Assembly: GCA_964016885.1 (NCBI GenBank)
Contig: OZ024743.1
Location: 89,652,001-89,716,000, forward strand
From: Eledone cirrhosa
Lineage: Eukaryota
Direction of reading: 5' to 3'
Length of the DNA: 64,000 bases
Position numbers and translations under genes: made by a program. The notes below the pieces were generated by a model that saw nothing but the letters and a program-made list of their open reading frames with translations, was not told the DNA's origin and did not search any database. Every line of letters begins with the position of its first letter. The first letter of the stretch is position 1. Below, in pieces: positions 51,916 through 64,000 of the stretch.

Positions 51916-53070
51916 TCTACGAAGCTCCTCTATACCCTCCGCAGCGCTCCGTGCTACACCCAGATATCTCTCCTCACTGACCTCGATACTTGTATCCAAG
52001 CAGCAGCCGAGGAGATATGCAATCAAGTTTGACGACATAGGGTGGCAACAGACCACTTTACCTGCCAGGTATGGCGGTCTTGGCCTCCGGTCTCCGATCT
52101 CACTAGCTTTGCCCGCGTATCTTTCGTCGGTAACCTCGTGCCGCGTCCTCGTCAGCAGGGTTCTTCAAAATACAACAGAACCCTCTGTGTTCAGAGAACG
52201 TGAGGCCCCCTGTGAGACGTGGGACCGGCTGGGACTTAGCCCAGTAGACGTCCCTCCTCCTTCTCCCCCTGTTGACGTCAAGTCCCCCCAACGCACTTGG
52301 GATTCCATCCAGTGCAGCCTGGCCTCAGACAGGCTCACGCGCCAGCTCGACCAGCACCGCCTTGCTTGTTTTCGTGCGGCCTCCAAACCCCACAGTGGTG
52401 CCTGGCTCCATGCCCTGCCCTCCTTCTGCACTGGCACGCAGCTAGACAACCATAGCCTGCGCATCGGCGTTTCCCTGAGGCTCGGCCTCCGAATCTGCCA
52501 GCCACACCAATGTCGCTGCGGTTCCACCGTGGACTCTTTCGGCCTCCACCCACTTTCCTGTCGCCACAGAGCCAGCCGCATTCCACGCCCTGCTGCCGTC
52601 AACGAGGTCATTAAGCATGGCTTGGACGCTGCAGGCTTCCCTTCCCAGCTCGAGCCGGTGGGGCTGGATCGAGGGGACGGCAAAAGGCCAGATGGCATGA
52701 CCATCTTCCTGTTCGGCGGTGGAAAACCCCTCGTCTGGGATGCCACTTGCACCGACACTTTCTGCAGCCGCAACCTGGTGCAGTCTGCGACTGACCCAGT
52801 TTCTGCTGCACGTCGGGCTGAGGGGACCAAACTCCTCAAATACCGGTCGCTCTCCGACAGGTTTGCGGTCGTACCCCTGGCAGTGGAGACTTCTGGTGTC
52901 CTCGGCCCCAGGGCTACCTCCTTACTCACCACCATAGGCGCTGAGCTGACTAGCCGCAGGTGTGAGCCCCACGAGTTGTAGTGGCTTTTCCAGCGCCCTC
53001 CCTTGCCGTCCTCCGGGGAAACGCCTTCTCCATTCTGTCCGCCGGGGCTGTGGGTGAGCCCCATCGTGTA
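51916..53070 (+). pseudogene. 5'-truncated CRE-clade non-LTR retrotransposon (RT C-terminus, zinc knuckle, REL endonuclease)
   Basis: LPARYGGLGL, GAWLHALP, CRC..H..C, GKRPDG, LVWDAT, KLLKY, PLAVETSG; upstream frameshifted KLLYTLRSAP; premature TAG 52979-81 before WLFQR..RGNA; GC-rich island. Confidence 0.92.
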
Positions 53071-53325
53071 CCGTTGTAGTTGTTGTATACAAATATTAAC
53101 TCTCTACATTAAGTATATTTTCTCCATTGGGAAATTATGTAAATATCAACCAGATTAGGTTCAATTTTTCTCCTTTTTTAACATCATAAGCAACTGCTGA
53201 ACTATTATGACCATGAGTAAAGATACTATAAACACTTGAATTAACGAACTTGTTTTTAGATATTTTGTCCTAAATCCTTACAGGATATTAACAGTTTAGA
53301 TCGAATGCTATTATTAGAGTCAATC

Positions 53326-53520
53326 AAGGGCGGTGGATTGGCAGTATCGGTAGAGGGTCGGACACCATGCTTTGCAGCATAGAGTTATGGCCCTTTATGA
53401 TCTGAGTTCAAATCCCGCCGAGGTTAACTTTGCCTTTCATCCTTACGGGGTCGATAAAATGAAGTACCAGTAATACACCGGGGTAATTGCTGGCCTTGTC
53501 CCAAAAGTTAAAACAATTAT
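53326..53520 (+). mobile_element. Young full-length SINE family 1
   Basis: Near-consensus sequence; 16-bp TSD ATTATTAGAGTCAATC. Confidence 0.92.
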
Positions 53521-53574
53521 TAGAGTCAATCTTGAATTTCCAAGAAACGCAGTGAATAAATAAAAACTTACATT

Positions 53575-53880
53575 CAGGGTTGAATTTAGACCTTGGAGGA
53601 CCCGGGGCACTTCAGGTTTGGGGGGCCCCACATACACAAAAAATTACAATACACAGCAAACTTCCCAATTTTACATATCAAAGTTATCTTGCCTCATGTA
53701 ATTAAAAATGAAAAGTTATACATACAGGTATTAAATTCAAAAGTTGTAATCATCCTAAAACTAAAAAGCCCATCTGAGGGCAGAAATAAATTGCTACGGC
53801 TGTCGCTGGTGGGATCCCCTACTGTGGGGGCACGGGGCAATAGCCCTCTTTGACACCCGCCCCCATTAAATCCGGCCCTG
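53575..53880. mobile_element. hAT MITE
   Basis: CAGGGTTGAATTTA / TAAATCCGGCCCTG ends; 8-bp TSD CTTACATT/CTCACATT. Confidence 0.8.
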
Positions 53881-55164
53881 CTCACATTGAATGTCAGGAG
53901 TGATATGTCCGTTTAAACTAGCATCACTGATAATTAAAACCTATTAATTAGTATCTGCTCTACTAATTACAACCCAACAACCAGCTCCTTCTAAACAAAT
54001 CCATAAATCACCATCATTTCTTCTTTCTCCTGTCCAATTCTCTCCACATTATATTTAACACCTTCATATCAGATTTGTTCTATGTTGAAACTCTTGTTGA
54101 CTGTGTAATGTTAACCCCTACACTAAATACTTATATTTGACATATTGGCTCTCAACTGTACAACACAGACATAATGACAGGTGTCACTATAACCCGTTCA
54201 CATGTCACTCTTCCCATTAACTCACATACACTTTCTAATTTAAGCACAAGGCCAGAAATTGGTCGAATGGGGTGTGGAGCAGTGGAATGTTGATGATATC
54301 AACTCCAGTACTTAAGTGGTACATTCTTTTATCAAGTGAAGGTTTAGTGGTTAGAGCATCGTGTTTACAATCGTGAGACTGTGTGTTCGATTCTCGGACC
54401 GGGTTTTGCGTTGTGTCCTGGAGCAAGGCACTTTATTTCACGTTGCTCCAGTTTACTCAGCTGTAGAAATGAGTTGCGACGTCACTGGTGTCAAGCTGTA
54501 TCAGCCATTGCCTTTATGGCCTATACGTTCTGAGTTCAAATCCCACCGAAGTCAACTTTGATTTTCATTCCTCCGGGATGGATAATATAAAATCCCAGTT
54601 AAATACTGGGGTTGATATAATCAGCTTCTCCTTCTCAATAAATAGTTGATCTTGTGCCTAAATTCGAAATCTTTATTAGAAAATCCTCAATACAAGCTCC
54701 CTAGAAACGGATCTGCGGAAATGCTGTCCTTTGTCACCTATCGGTGATCTCTCGTCGTCCATAATTTCGGCAAAAGCAATGCCGTAAATAGCACAAGTAA
54801 ACCATTCGATCGAATCCTTAATATGGTAAAGCGTCAATGAAGTTATGTTGTGTATACTTTCCCCAAATAAATTACAGCCGCATGAGTGTATTAGACTTCG
54901 ACAACGATTCCGACAGCGAGTGTTCCAGTGGTTACTATACTGTACAATACTAGTTAGTGTACAATATTGGTTTATGTACAACACTAGTTTCCTATATAAC
55001 AGTCATTACTGTACAATGGTAGTTACTGTACAATACTAGTTACTGTACAATGCTGGTTAGTGTACAATAGTGATTTCTGCAAATATTGGTTTATGCACAA
55101 TAGTGGCTACGGGTAATAATTGTATTTATTTCATTTTGTACAAACACTATTTATGTTTTATATA

Positions 55165-55885
55165 TATACTATATATACTAGACTTATATATATACTATAT
55201 ATACTAGACTTATATATATACTATATATACTAGACTTATATATATACTATATATACTAGACTTATATATATACTATATAGACTAGACTTATATATATACT
55301 ATATATACTAGACTTATATATATACTATATATACTAGACTTATATATATACTATATATACTAGACTTATATATATACTATATATACTAGACTTATATATA
55401 TACTATATATACTAGACTTATATATATACTATATATACTAGACTTATATATATACTATATATATACTAGACTTATATGTATACTATATATACTAGACTTA
55501 TATATATACTACATATACTAGACTTATATATATACTATATATACTAGACTTATATATATACTATATATACTAGACTTATATATATACTATATATACTAGA
55601 CTTATATATATACTATATATACTAGACTTATATATATACTATATATACTAGACTTATATATATACTATATATACTAGACTTATATATATACTATATATAC
55701 TAGACTTATATATATACTATATATATACTAGACTTATATATATACTATATATACTAGACTTATATATATACTACATATACTAGACTTATATATATACTAT
55801 ATATACTATATATACTAGACTTATATATATATACTATATACTAGACTTATATATATACTATATATATTTACTATATATACTAGAC
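55165..55885. repeat. 26-bp minisatellite, about 27 copies
   Basis: ACTAGACTTATATATATACTATATAT units. Confidence 0.95.
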
Positions 55886-56173
55886 CACCTGTGACCCGTT
55901 GGATAACGTTCACTTCAGGATATTTTAAAAATCTCGTTCACGTAAAAATAATTTTTAGATAATTAAAATATACACAGACATGTATATAATGTGAAATGAA
56001 ACTGGAAGGCCCATATACGTGTGTTATGTATATATATAAATGTGTGTGTACATATATATACATATATATATATATATATGTGTGTGTGGGTGTCTGTGAT
56101 CTATATACACTGGTCATAGCCACGCACTCACATATACACACACCTATACACACACACACATACTCATATATAT

Positions 56174-57119
56174 ACTAGACATGAAAAATGCGCAAGCTCA
56201 AAAGTGCCACAGAATGTTATAATAAACCTTCAAAAGTGTGGGACTAGAGTTGTTGCTAAAAAATATTGTAATCATTATATATCGTACATTCTGTGGCATC
56301 CTTTATAAAAATAGCTTAAACCAACGAAGCCTTTATTTTTACGCTATTTCACTTAGTTAATTCTTAGAGTGTAACATATAAAAATATCATTTACAACTAT
56401 AAAATAAATTAATTAATATAATAACAGAGCTGCGGAGCTGAAATTTAGGAAATAATGGAGTATCGGATCCTGAGTTGGAGCCAGTCAATTTTTGGCCGAC
56501 TCCGCAGCCCTGTATAATACATTTCATATTAAAGTTATTAATAAACCTCATGCAAATTACCACGAGATATTGATATTAGATATAAGATACAGCGCAATAT
56601 CTACAGCTGTAAAAGTACGAAAGCGAAGTAATAATAAGTGGCTTAAGGTAATTCCAATATGAAAGTTTGTAGTGATAAAAATTTGATAATGCAATACGAT
56701 TGTTAATATTATAGTTCTATGAAAATGTAACAATAGATAACTAAATTATTTTACTATTAGTATATTTAAGAAATTATCATTATAGATTTGATCGTTCATA
56801 TAAGCATCATATTAAGTTTCAACACAATTATTTTGTTACTATGAGTATATGATAATAATATTACGTAATTATTTATAGCTGTTATTACATTAAACATAGA
56901 TGTATTTATTTTTATATGTTACACTCTAAGAATTAACTAAGTGAAATAGCGTAAAAATAAAGGCTTCGTTGGTTTAAGCTATTTTTATAAAGGATGCCAC
57001 AGAATGTACGATATATAATGATTACAATATTTTTTAGCAACAACTCTAGTCCCACACTTTTGAAGGTTTATTATAACATTCTGTGGCACTTTTGAGCTTG
57101 CGCATTTTTCATGTCTAGT
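56174..57119. mobile_element. 213-bp inverted repeats with outward CTAG|T ends
   Basis: 56174-56386 is the reverse complement of 56907-57119 (no mismatch seen); no TSD; spacer contains a CAG(A/G)GCTGCGGAG MITE remnant at 56424-56512. Confidence 0.85.
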
Positions 57120-58236
57120 TTAATATTTTTTTAAGGCAACGCTTGTAATAACTCTAGTTAAACAGGATATATATTAATAATAAATTATCGTTGTAATGTA
57201 ATTAGATTATGTAATTGTTATTATAAATTATCTTATAAATATTAGTGTAAGATGTATAAAAATATTTTCAGACTTTTAATATAAACAACTAGAAAAAACA
57301 ATCAATATTAAATCAATATATTATACATAATAGAAAACATAAAATATACAATACAAAAACAAAATATTTACATACAATTGCAATTATCAGTGTATATACA
57401 TTTTCTTTATATTCCCTGAGCAAATTAATAAGATTTGTTTTTATTGTACATAATTTGATGACTTGTTGGAGTGTATTAAAAGATAGCAACAATTTGTGAT
57501 TAAATTGTTATCTTAAGCAACTCACTTTTTAATAGTTGTTGGCTGAGCGAAATTGTAAAAGCCTATGAGCAAATATAAAAAAAAATACACAAACAACATT
57601 TCCTTGTGTTATTACAACATTAGATAAAATAATTGAGCAATGTCGTTATATTTTGCTCTTATTGCACATTAATAGTGTTTCTATTTTTCGGCACAAATCC
57701 ATTACGGCAGTCCATTACTGGTACTTTATTTTATCGAATTAGTAAGTATGAAAGTCGAAGTTAACCTCGGCAGGATTTGAACTTAGAATGCAAAGGACCA
57801 TAACAATACTGCAAAGCATGGTGTCTGACGCTCTACCAATACTTGTGTTGAGCTGGTCATTAATTTATGGTGGTCGTGCGTGGAGTAGAGCAATCGCTAG
57901 TTGAAATATTATGAACAAAACATTTTTATTTGCCGAAGAACATATTTTCAATACTGTTTGTGAATGTGACGAAGGAAATACATTCTGATATGGAACAGTG
58001 TACAAAGTGTGTCTGTGAATAACATAATGTTACCTCATGTTGTTGTCAAGACATAATGGATTTCGTATATCCAGTTAGAAGATGAAACCTAGCCATCTCG
58101 GATTAGTTATATTTCATGCCATGTGTAAACGTGTTTGAGGATAGCAAAATATGCGCGTTAATTATAATAATTAGTTAATAATATTACAAAATATACCTAA
58201 TTAAACTCTTTGCTTGAAATTTTATCATTCTTCGTT

Positions 58237-58271
<35 letters not shown>

Positions 58272-59559
58272 GGAGAGAGATTTATCTAGTCCTTCGCTCA
58301 AGATTAATCTATAAGTTTAGATGTTTGCCTTCGTTTAAGTAAATATTACAGTAAGATTTTTAATATAAACAACTACAAAAAACAATTAATATTAAAACGA
58401 AAAAATTATCAATGATAAAAGAAGCGGATGCAACTTTTTTTTTTATAAAGTTATATTCCTGTTTCTTTAAAGAACATTTCATTTTTGTTCTATTGTAGGC
58501 GAAATAATGCAATGGTTTAATAGGGAAGATATAACTTACGAATTATGTCTCTAACCGTGTAACGCTTTTTAAGTAGATAACTACAATTGAAAATACTAAA
58601 GAAATGGAACCAACAATTCAATTTGAAAGTCGTCTAGTGACAGTGTATTACTGGTACTTTATTTTATCGACCCCGTAACGATGAAAGGCAAAAATGCAAA
58701 TGCTTAAAATTTAAATTGCCTTAATTCTATCGTCTGCTGTTTCATTCTATCGTCTGTATTTAATTCTATCGTCTACTGTTCCACTAAACAGATATACCTC
58801 CACTATCGTCTCTATTTATACATTTTAACTTATAACTTATACACATTTGATTTGAAATATTTTATCTAGTCCCCCCTCTCAATATTATGATGATTTCTTT
58901 CGAATGAAACAGTTCTAGTCCTGTAGAAACCATTTATATATATAATTGAACTGAGTTAAAAATTCACAATATTTATAATTAAATAAGCTCATATATATAT
59001 GTGTGTATTTATCTGTTTATTGTATTATATATAATGTGTGTATATACAGGATGTCCCCCAAAAATATATACACACTTCAACAGCATTCTAATAACTATTG
59101 CCTGTACAGGTAATCAAAGTGTCAATCGAATGTTAGTTTCGTGTTTTAACAGTACAAATTTACAATACACACATAAAACCAGTGTATATACATACATGAG
59201 TGTGTATACACATACATGAATGTGTATATACAATATATATGTATATATATATAGACACATATATTCACGGTGCAGCGGTACATTAAAATATAGATGCGGG
59301 AGAGGGGGGGGGGTGTATATATAGGGGCGCTGGGGATAAAGGAGTGTAAAGCGTGTGTAATTGATATATTGAAGGAGAGGAGCGTGCAGCGATAGAGTAA
59401 CAAATATATAGAGAGGGGGAGAGATGGTATTGAAGGGGAGGAGTGCAAAGCGAAAGAGTAAGAGATATATATAGAGACGGAACAGATAGAGAGAAACAGG
59501 CGTAAGTAACAGTGGAAGAGATATAGAGAGAGGTACTCTGATTGGTTGAAAATTAGCCA

Positions 59560-60190
59560 ATGACATACGATCACCACCACCACGGCTATCCCCGAAAAAT
59601 TTTTTAAGAAGCTACGCATATATGTTAGAACACGAAAAGTGAACATTCTGTTGTTTCACACTTTTCGTGTTCTAACAGATACACAACAACACCACCAGCT
59701 CTCTCTTCCATTCTCCTTCTCTGACTCCTCTGCCTATGTCTCTCTTTCAATCTACTCTCTCACAACCATTATCTCTTTCTCTCTTTCTTTCTCTCTCTAT
59801 TTATGAAGGTACCTGGAAAAACCCCGTATCTTGGAAACCCGTGCACCGATTTACGCGAAACTTGTTTTATTCCATTTGTATTCGCATTTCAGAGTCAACT
59901 TCCTGTCAAAATATTTTCCGATTATGCGCCCTTTTGGGTGTATTACATTACAGACAAGCAAGTAAGCAATCGCAGAATTTTAGTAATATATATATATATA
60001 TATATAAGTTATTCCGGGTTGAATCGGAGGTAACCACAGTAAGGTACTCAATACATAGCAGAGTATAATGAAACAGTTCTAGTCCTGTAGAAGCTCTTCT
60101 ATATAAAACTATATATATATATATATATACAGGGTGTCCCAAATTATATGTATGTACTAGAAGTGGTACCCGGCGTTGCACGGGATAAGG
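59560..60190. mobile_element. Helitron/Helentron-like fragments
   Basis: Hairpin TGTTAGAACACGAAAAGTG/CACTTTTCGTGTTCTAACA; ACCGATTTACGCGAAACT motif; terminus ACTAG..ACCCGGCGTTGCACGGG at 60156. Confidence 0.5.
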
Positions 60191-60436
60191 TATTTTGGAA
60201 CGCGGGCCGCCAACAGACCTAATCGTGGAAAAACTGCATGCCTGGACAATATGTAAAGAAAATAAACCGAATACTCTGATGGCTGGATAATCTTTAAGAT
60301 TTTCGTCGATGAAGCAGGAAAAATGCAGGCTTTCACCTAATGCGGGCCCTAGGGGATCAAGAAAATGAATTTTTTTATGTGCATAATATGCCTTGAAATT
60401 TCAGGAAAATCGGCTAGACGTAACGCCTCAAAAAAA

Positions 60437-60468
<32 letters not shown>

Positions 60469-60647
60469 TACATACACAGAAATGTATATATATTTCTGTG
60501 TGTATATATATATATATACATTACACAAAAAAAAAGTGTGTATATATATATATATTACACAACATTTTTCTGTGTGTATATATATATATATTACACACAC
60601 AGAAATGTATATATATTTCTGTTTGTATATATATATATTTCGGCGAT

Positions 60648-61379
60648 GAATTAGTTTTGGTTTTGCGAGGTTTTTGATATGAAATCGTGTGTCGAAACAA
60701 ATATTATTATACTTGGGGAGGGTCATATTTGTGTAATAACAGAACACACTCACTGTTTGGTTGGTTTTCGCTTCTGTGTCCTTTATATCGGTTAATTTAA
60801 TTTATTCGGTCCTCAATGTTACCATTGACTGACCAACGGTCAAAAATACAGATACAATATAGACACAAACACATATATATAGTCTAACAAAGTTCTTTCG
60901 TTGCACATCTGCAACATCGTCAGTGGTGCTATTATGTTTCCTCCCGTTGCATTGTATGCCTACACCATCTTTATTTAGTCTGTTTATTTATTTATTTATT
61001 TGTTTATTTTTTGTCTTCTCTGCGCATGCGTTTGCGTGAGTGTATAGTATTTTGTTTGATGTGTGTTCGTGTTTGGGTGACTGTGTATTGGTTATTGTAT
61101 TCTATCTTAGTTTACTAGTGTGTGTTTATATGTGTTTGTTGTTATTGTGCTTGTTTTTGTATTTATTTATTTATACTATCTCTTAGGTCAGTGTTGTTTG
61201 TTTGGGTGTTGTTGTTATTCCATTCATTTTTTCTGTTTAGCCTTGGCCTTCTAAGTTCTATTTCGCTGGCTTCTCTGATTTGCCTATCTGCTGGGCCATT
61301 TCTATGTTTAGATATTATTTTAATTTCTATGTTGTCTATGTTACCGTCGTGTTGTTGTCTGGCATGTTCGTATAGTACT
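60648..61379 (-). mobile_element. Second copy of the Naiad/Neptune-type Penelope 3' end
   Basis: High-identity reverse complement of 48621-49312 including VLYEHARQQH..RLNRKNEW and the HHR (about 60894-60925). Confidence 0.92.
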
Positions 61380-61447
61380 ATACTACCCTAAGTATTGAGT
61401 ACTTTGGTGTGTTATGGTCCACCTGGTTCCTTACCACATTTCCTTCG

Positions 61448-61483
<36 letters not shown>

Positions 61484-61494
61484 TATATCTCTCT

Positions 61495-61660
61495 CTATAT
61501 ATATATAAAACTCTTGGTCTTTCTAACTGTCTGTCTTTTCCTTATGCATTCTCAAACGGCTCGACCAAATCAAATCAAATTTTACAAGGTATTAGACCCC
61601 AGGATTAACAACATGTAGTTTTTATTTTCATTTGGATTGAAACAATATAATATTTTATAA
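61495..61660 (+). mobile_element. Helitron-like 5' end
   Basis: TCTATATATATAAAACTC..TGTCTGTC..AAACGGCTCGACCAAAT..AAATTT. Confidence 0.55.
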
Positions 61661-61904
61661 ATTACATACACACACATATTCACGTAATTATTTAATCAGA
61701 TACACAGAGAATTAAACACACACACACATCTACATATATAGAATAATAAAAAGAAAATTCTCAAGTTCACCCGCACCCCACCCCAAAGAGTTCGCTTCCC
61801 TCAATTGTGAACAGAACATAATGGTAGCTGTATTTGTACACACCTTAGGTGTAAGGAGAGACAAAATAGCTGTTTTTAGATGCGTCTTTGCACATGTAAG
61901 CTCG

Positions 61905-61991
61905 CATATCTGACGAGATGTCGAAAAAGAGTCGGGTCTCGTCACCTTGATTGTATCCTGAGCTGATCGATATCGAAAGAATTGTAATATG
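61905..61991 (+). ncRNA. Type I HHR with inserted stem II domain (one stem III mismatch)
   Basis: CAUAU-CUGACGA-GAUGUCGA..UCGAUAUC-GAAA-G-AAUU-GUA|AUAUG followed by AATAAA. Confidence 0.7.
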
Positions 61992-62150
61992 TAAATAAAG
62001 TTTGTACATATGCTGCACTGGATTCGATTCCTTTAAATCTATTTATACTGTGTGCACTACAGCCGTAACTTTGGAATACAACACAAACGAATCGGACTTC
62101 GTAACAGTGCTTCGAACGGTGAGCTGCCTATAACTGTTTTTACACACCTA

Positions 62151-62184
<34 letters not shown>

Positions 62185-62244
62185 TAGTCAAGAACGAGCT
62201 GTTAAAACGGCGAGAGCTCATCCGTCGGGCCCCGAATCATTCGA

Positions 62245-62341
<97 letters not shown>

Positions 62342-62390
62342 TGTTACTGTTGGTTCACCGACTTTAGCTCTTGGTCTCGAAACCAAGAGG

Positions 62391-62470
62391 CTGATGAGCT
62401 TTTGATTACAGAGTCGGGCCAAATGATATAGATCGAACCATGAGCTGATCATTAGCGAAACGCACTTCAC
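62391..62470 (+). ncRNA. Degenerate HHR with the same stem II insert
   Basis: CUGAUGA-GCUUUUGAU..AGAGUCGGG..UGAGCUG-AUCAUUAGC-GAAAC; homolog on the minus strand at 20678-20752. Confidence 0.55.
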
Positions 62471-62994
62471 ACATGAATAAACTTAATAATGATACTCTGA
62501 CACTTAGTTCCTATTTATTTTAATTATTTGCGACCTGTAAATAATATTAACAATTGGAAAGACCTATGGAAACATTGTTTCCTCGGTCCAATTTGACGAG
62601 CTCCACCGCAGTCGTTAAGCGAATGAGGTCTTGCATCTTGTCGATCGACTGTTATATATATATATATATATGTATACACACACATATATATATATACATA
62701 TATACATACATATACATATATATATACGTACGTATATACATATAGACATATACATACATATACATATATATATACATATACATATATATATACACACACA
62801 CATATAAACACATATATATACATATATACAAACATTTATATATACATATATACAGACACACATATATATACATACATATATATACACACATATATATATA
62901 TACGTACATACATATATATATACACATATATTAATATATATATATTATAATATTCCTACAATATCAAGCGGTAAATTTATATCATTATTGTATT

Positions 62995-63148
62995 GAATTG
63001 GCAGTATCGGTAGAGGGTTGGACGCCATGCTTTCTACCACAGTTACGTCCCTTTACGATCTGAGTTTCATCCTTACGGGGTCGATAAAATAAAGTACCAG
63101 TAATGTACTGGGTATTGCTGGCCTTGTGCCAAAAGTAGAAACAATTAT
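62995..63148 (+). mobile_element. SINE family 1 with internal deletion
   Basis: Head and core match the consensus; TSD ATTATTGTATT. Confidence 0.8.
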
Positions 63149-64000
63149 TGTATTCTATTATCTCTTGTGTTTTTTCTTGCTGATTTTCCTTGTATATGTT
63201 AGTATGTACTATAGAGGAGTGTAGCGAAGAGAACACTTTTACGTTAAGTAGATTTAGAAATATGAAATAGGTAACCCAATGAAACGTCACTCTGTAGTTC
63301 ATCTCCACCCTCGTGTTGCGTATCAATGGTGTGTAATTACACACAGATCACTCTCTGCAGGACTACACGTTATATATTGATACCTTATACAGCTGTAGGG
63401 GCATCGTATCATACCCATTGCAGGTCGTGATTCTATTCGTTGCTTGATTTTTTTTTTGTATTTACTTGTAGAATCGTCACAATGTGTATACAGATATACA
63501 CACACACACGCACACAAACACACACGCACACACGCACACACATACACGCACACACATATGCGCACACATACACACAAACATACACATACACACAGCAACA
63601 GACGGGCGGGTGGACGGACGGACAATGTGCCAAGCGAACTGTAAAAAGTGACCGGGGATTATCTGTGTCCCTTGAAATATATATATATATCGAAAATGTT
63701 TGAAGACCTCTTCAATGTTGTATCTGTTCCGGTTCTCTACGTTCTGAATTCAAATCCCCCCCGATGTAAACTTTGCATTTCATCTTTTCAAGATCGATAA
63801 AGAACCAATTTGATACTGTCGGAGATTCTCCATTACTGTATCTTCCTATCTCTCTTCTCTATCTTTCCTCTCTATTTCCCCCAACCCTCTCTCTTTCCTC
63901 TCACCCGTCTCTCTTCCTTCTCTTTCATCCCTCTCTTCACCCCCCACCCCCCTCCCCCTCTATCTTTCTCCTCTCTCTTCCTTCTTTTTCTCCCTCCCTT

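Noticed and set aside
52165-53064. 299-aa minus-strand ORF
   Set aside because: Antisense shadow of the GC-rich CRE ORF

Overview
AT-rich, repeat-saturated eukaryotic DNA. The SINE repertoire and the very dense (TA)n/(CA)n/(GA)n tracts suggest an octopod cephalopod (inference). No intact protein-coding gene is visible: almost all ORFs in the track are microsatellite or minisatellite artefacts. The recognisable coding sequence consists of decayed retroelements and a mariner derivative: Penelope-like GIY-YIG endonucleases (48.4-48.8, 61.2-61.4, 18.4 kb), a CRE-clade LINE (51.9-53.1 kb plus fragments), an R4/Dong LINE (39.1-40.4 kb) and a CR1 tail. There are about 30 tRNA-derived SINE copies, hAT/Tc1 MITEs, Helitron-like ends and a 5.5 kb satellite. 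The most striking unannotated signal is a dense set of type I hammerhead ribozyme (HHR) motifs from several unrelated Penelope/retrozyme-like families. Most sit between (TA)n tracts, often as fold-back inverted pairs. They include complete-looking cores (2332-2471, 1620-1677, 45106-45174), HHRs with unusually long or structured stem II inserts, and a non-coding 489-nt unit bounded by HHR cleavage-site sequences (47530-48111).
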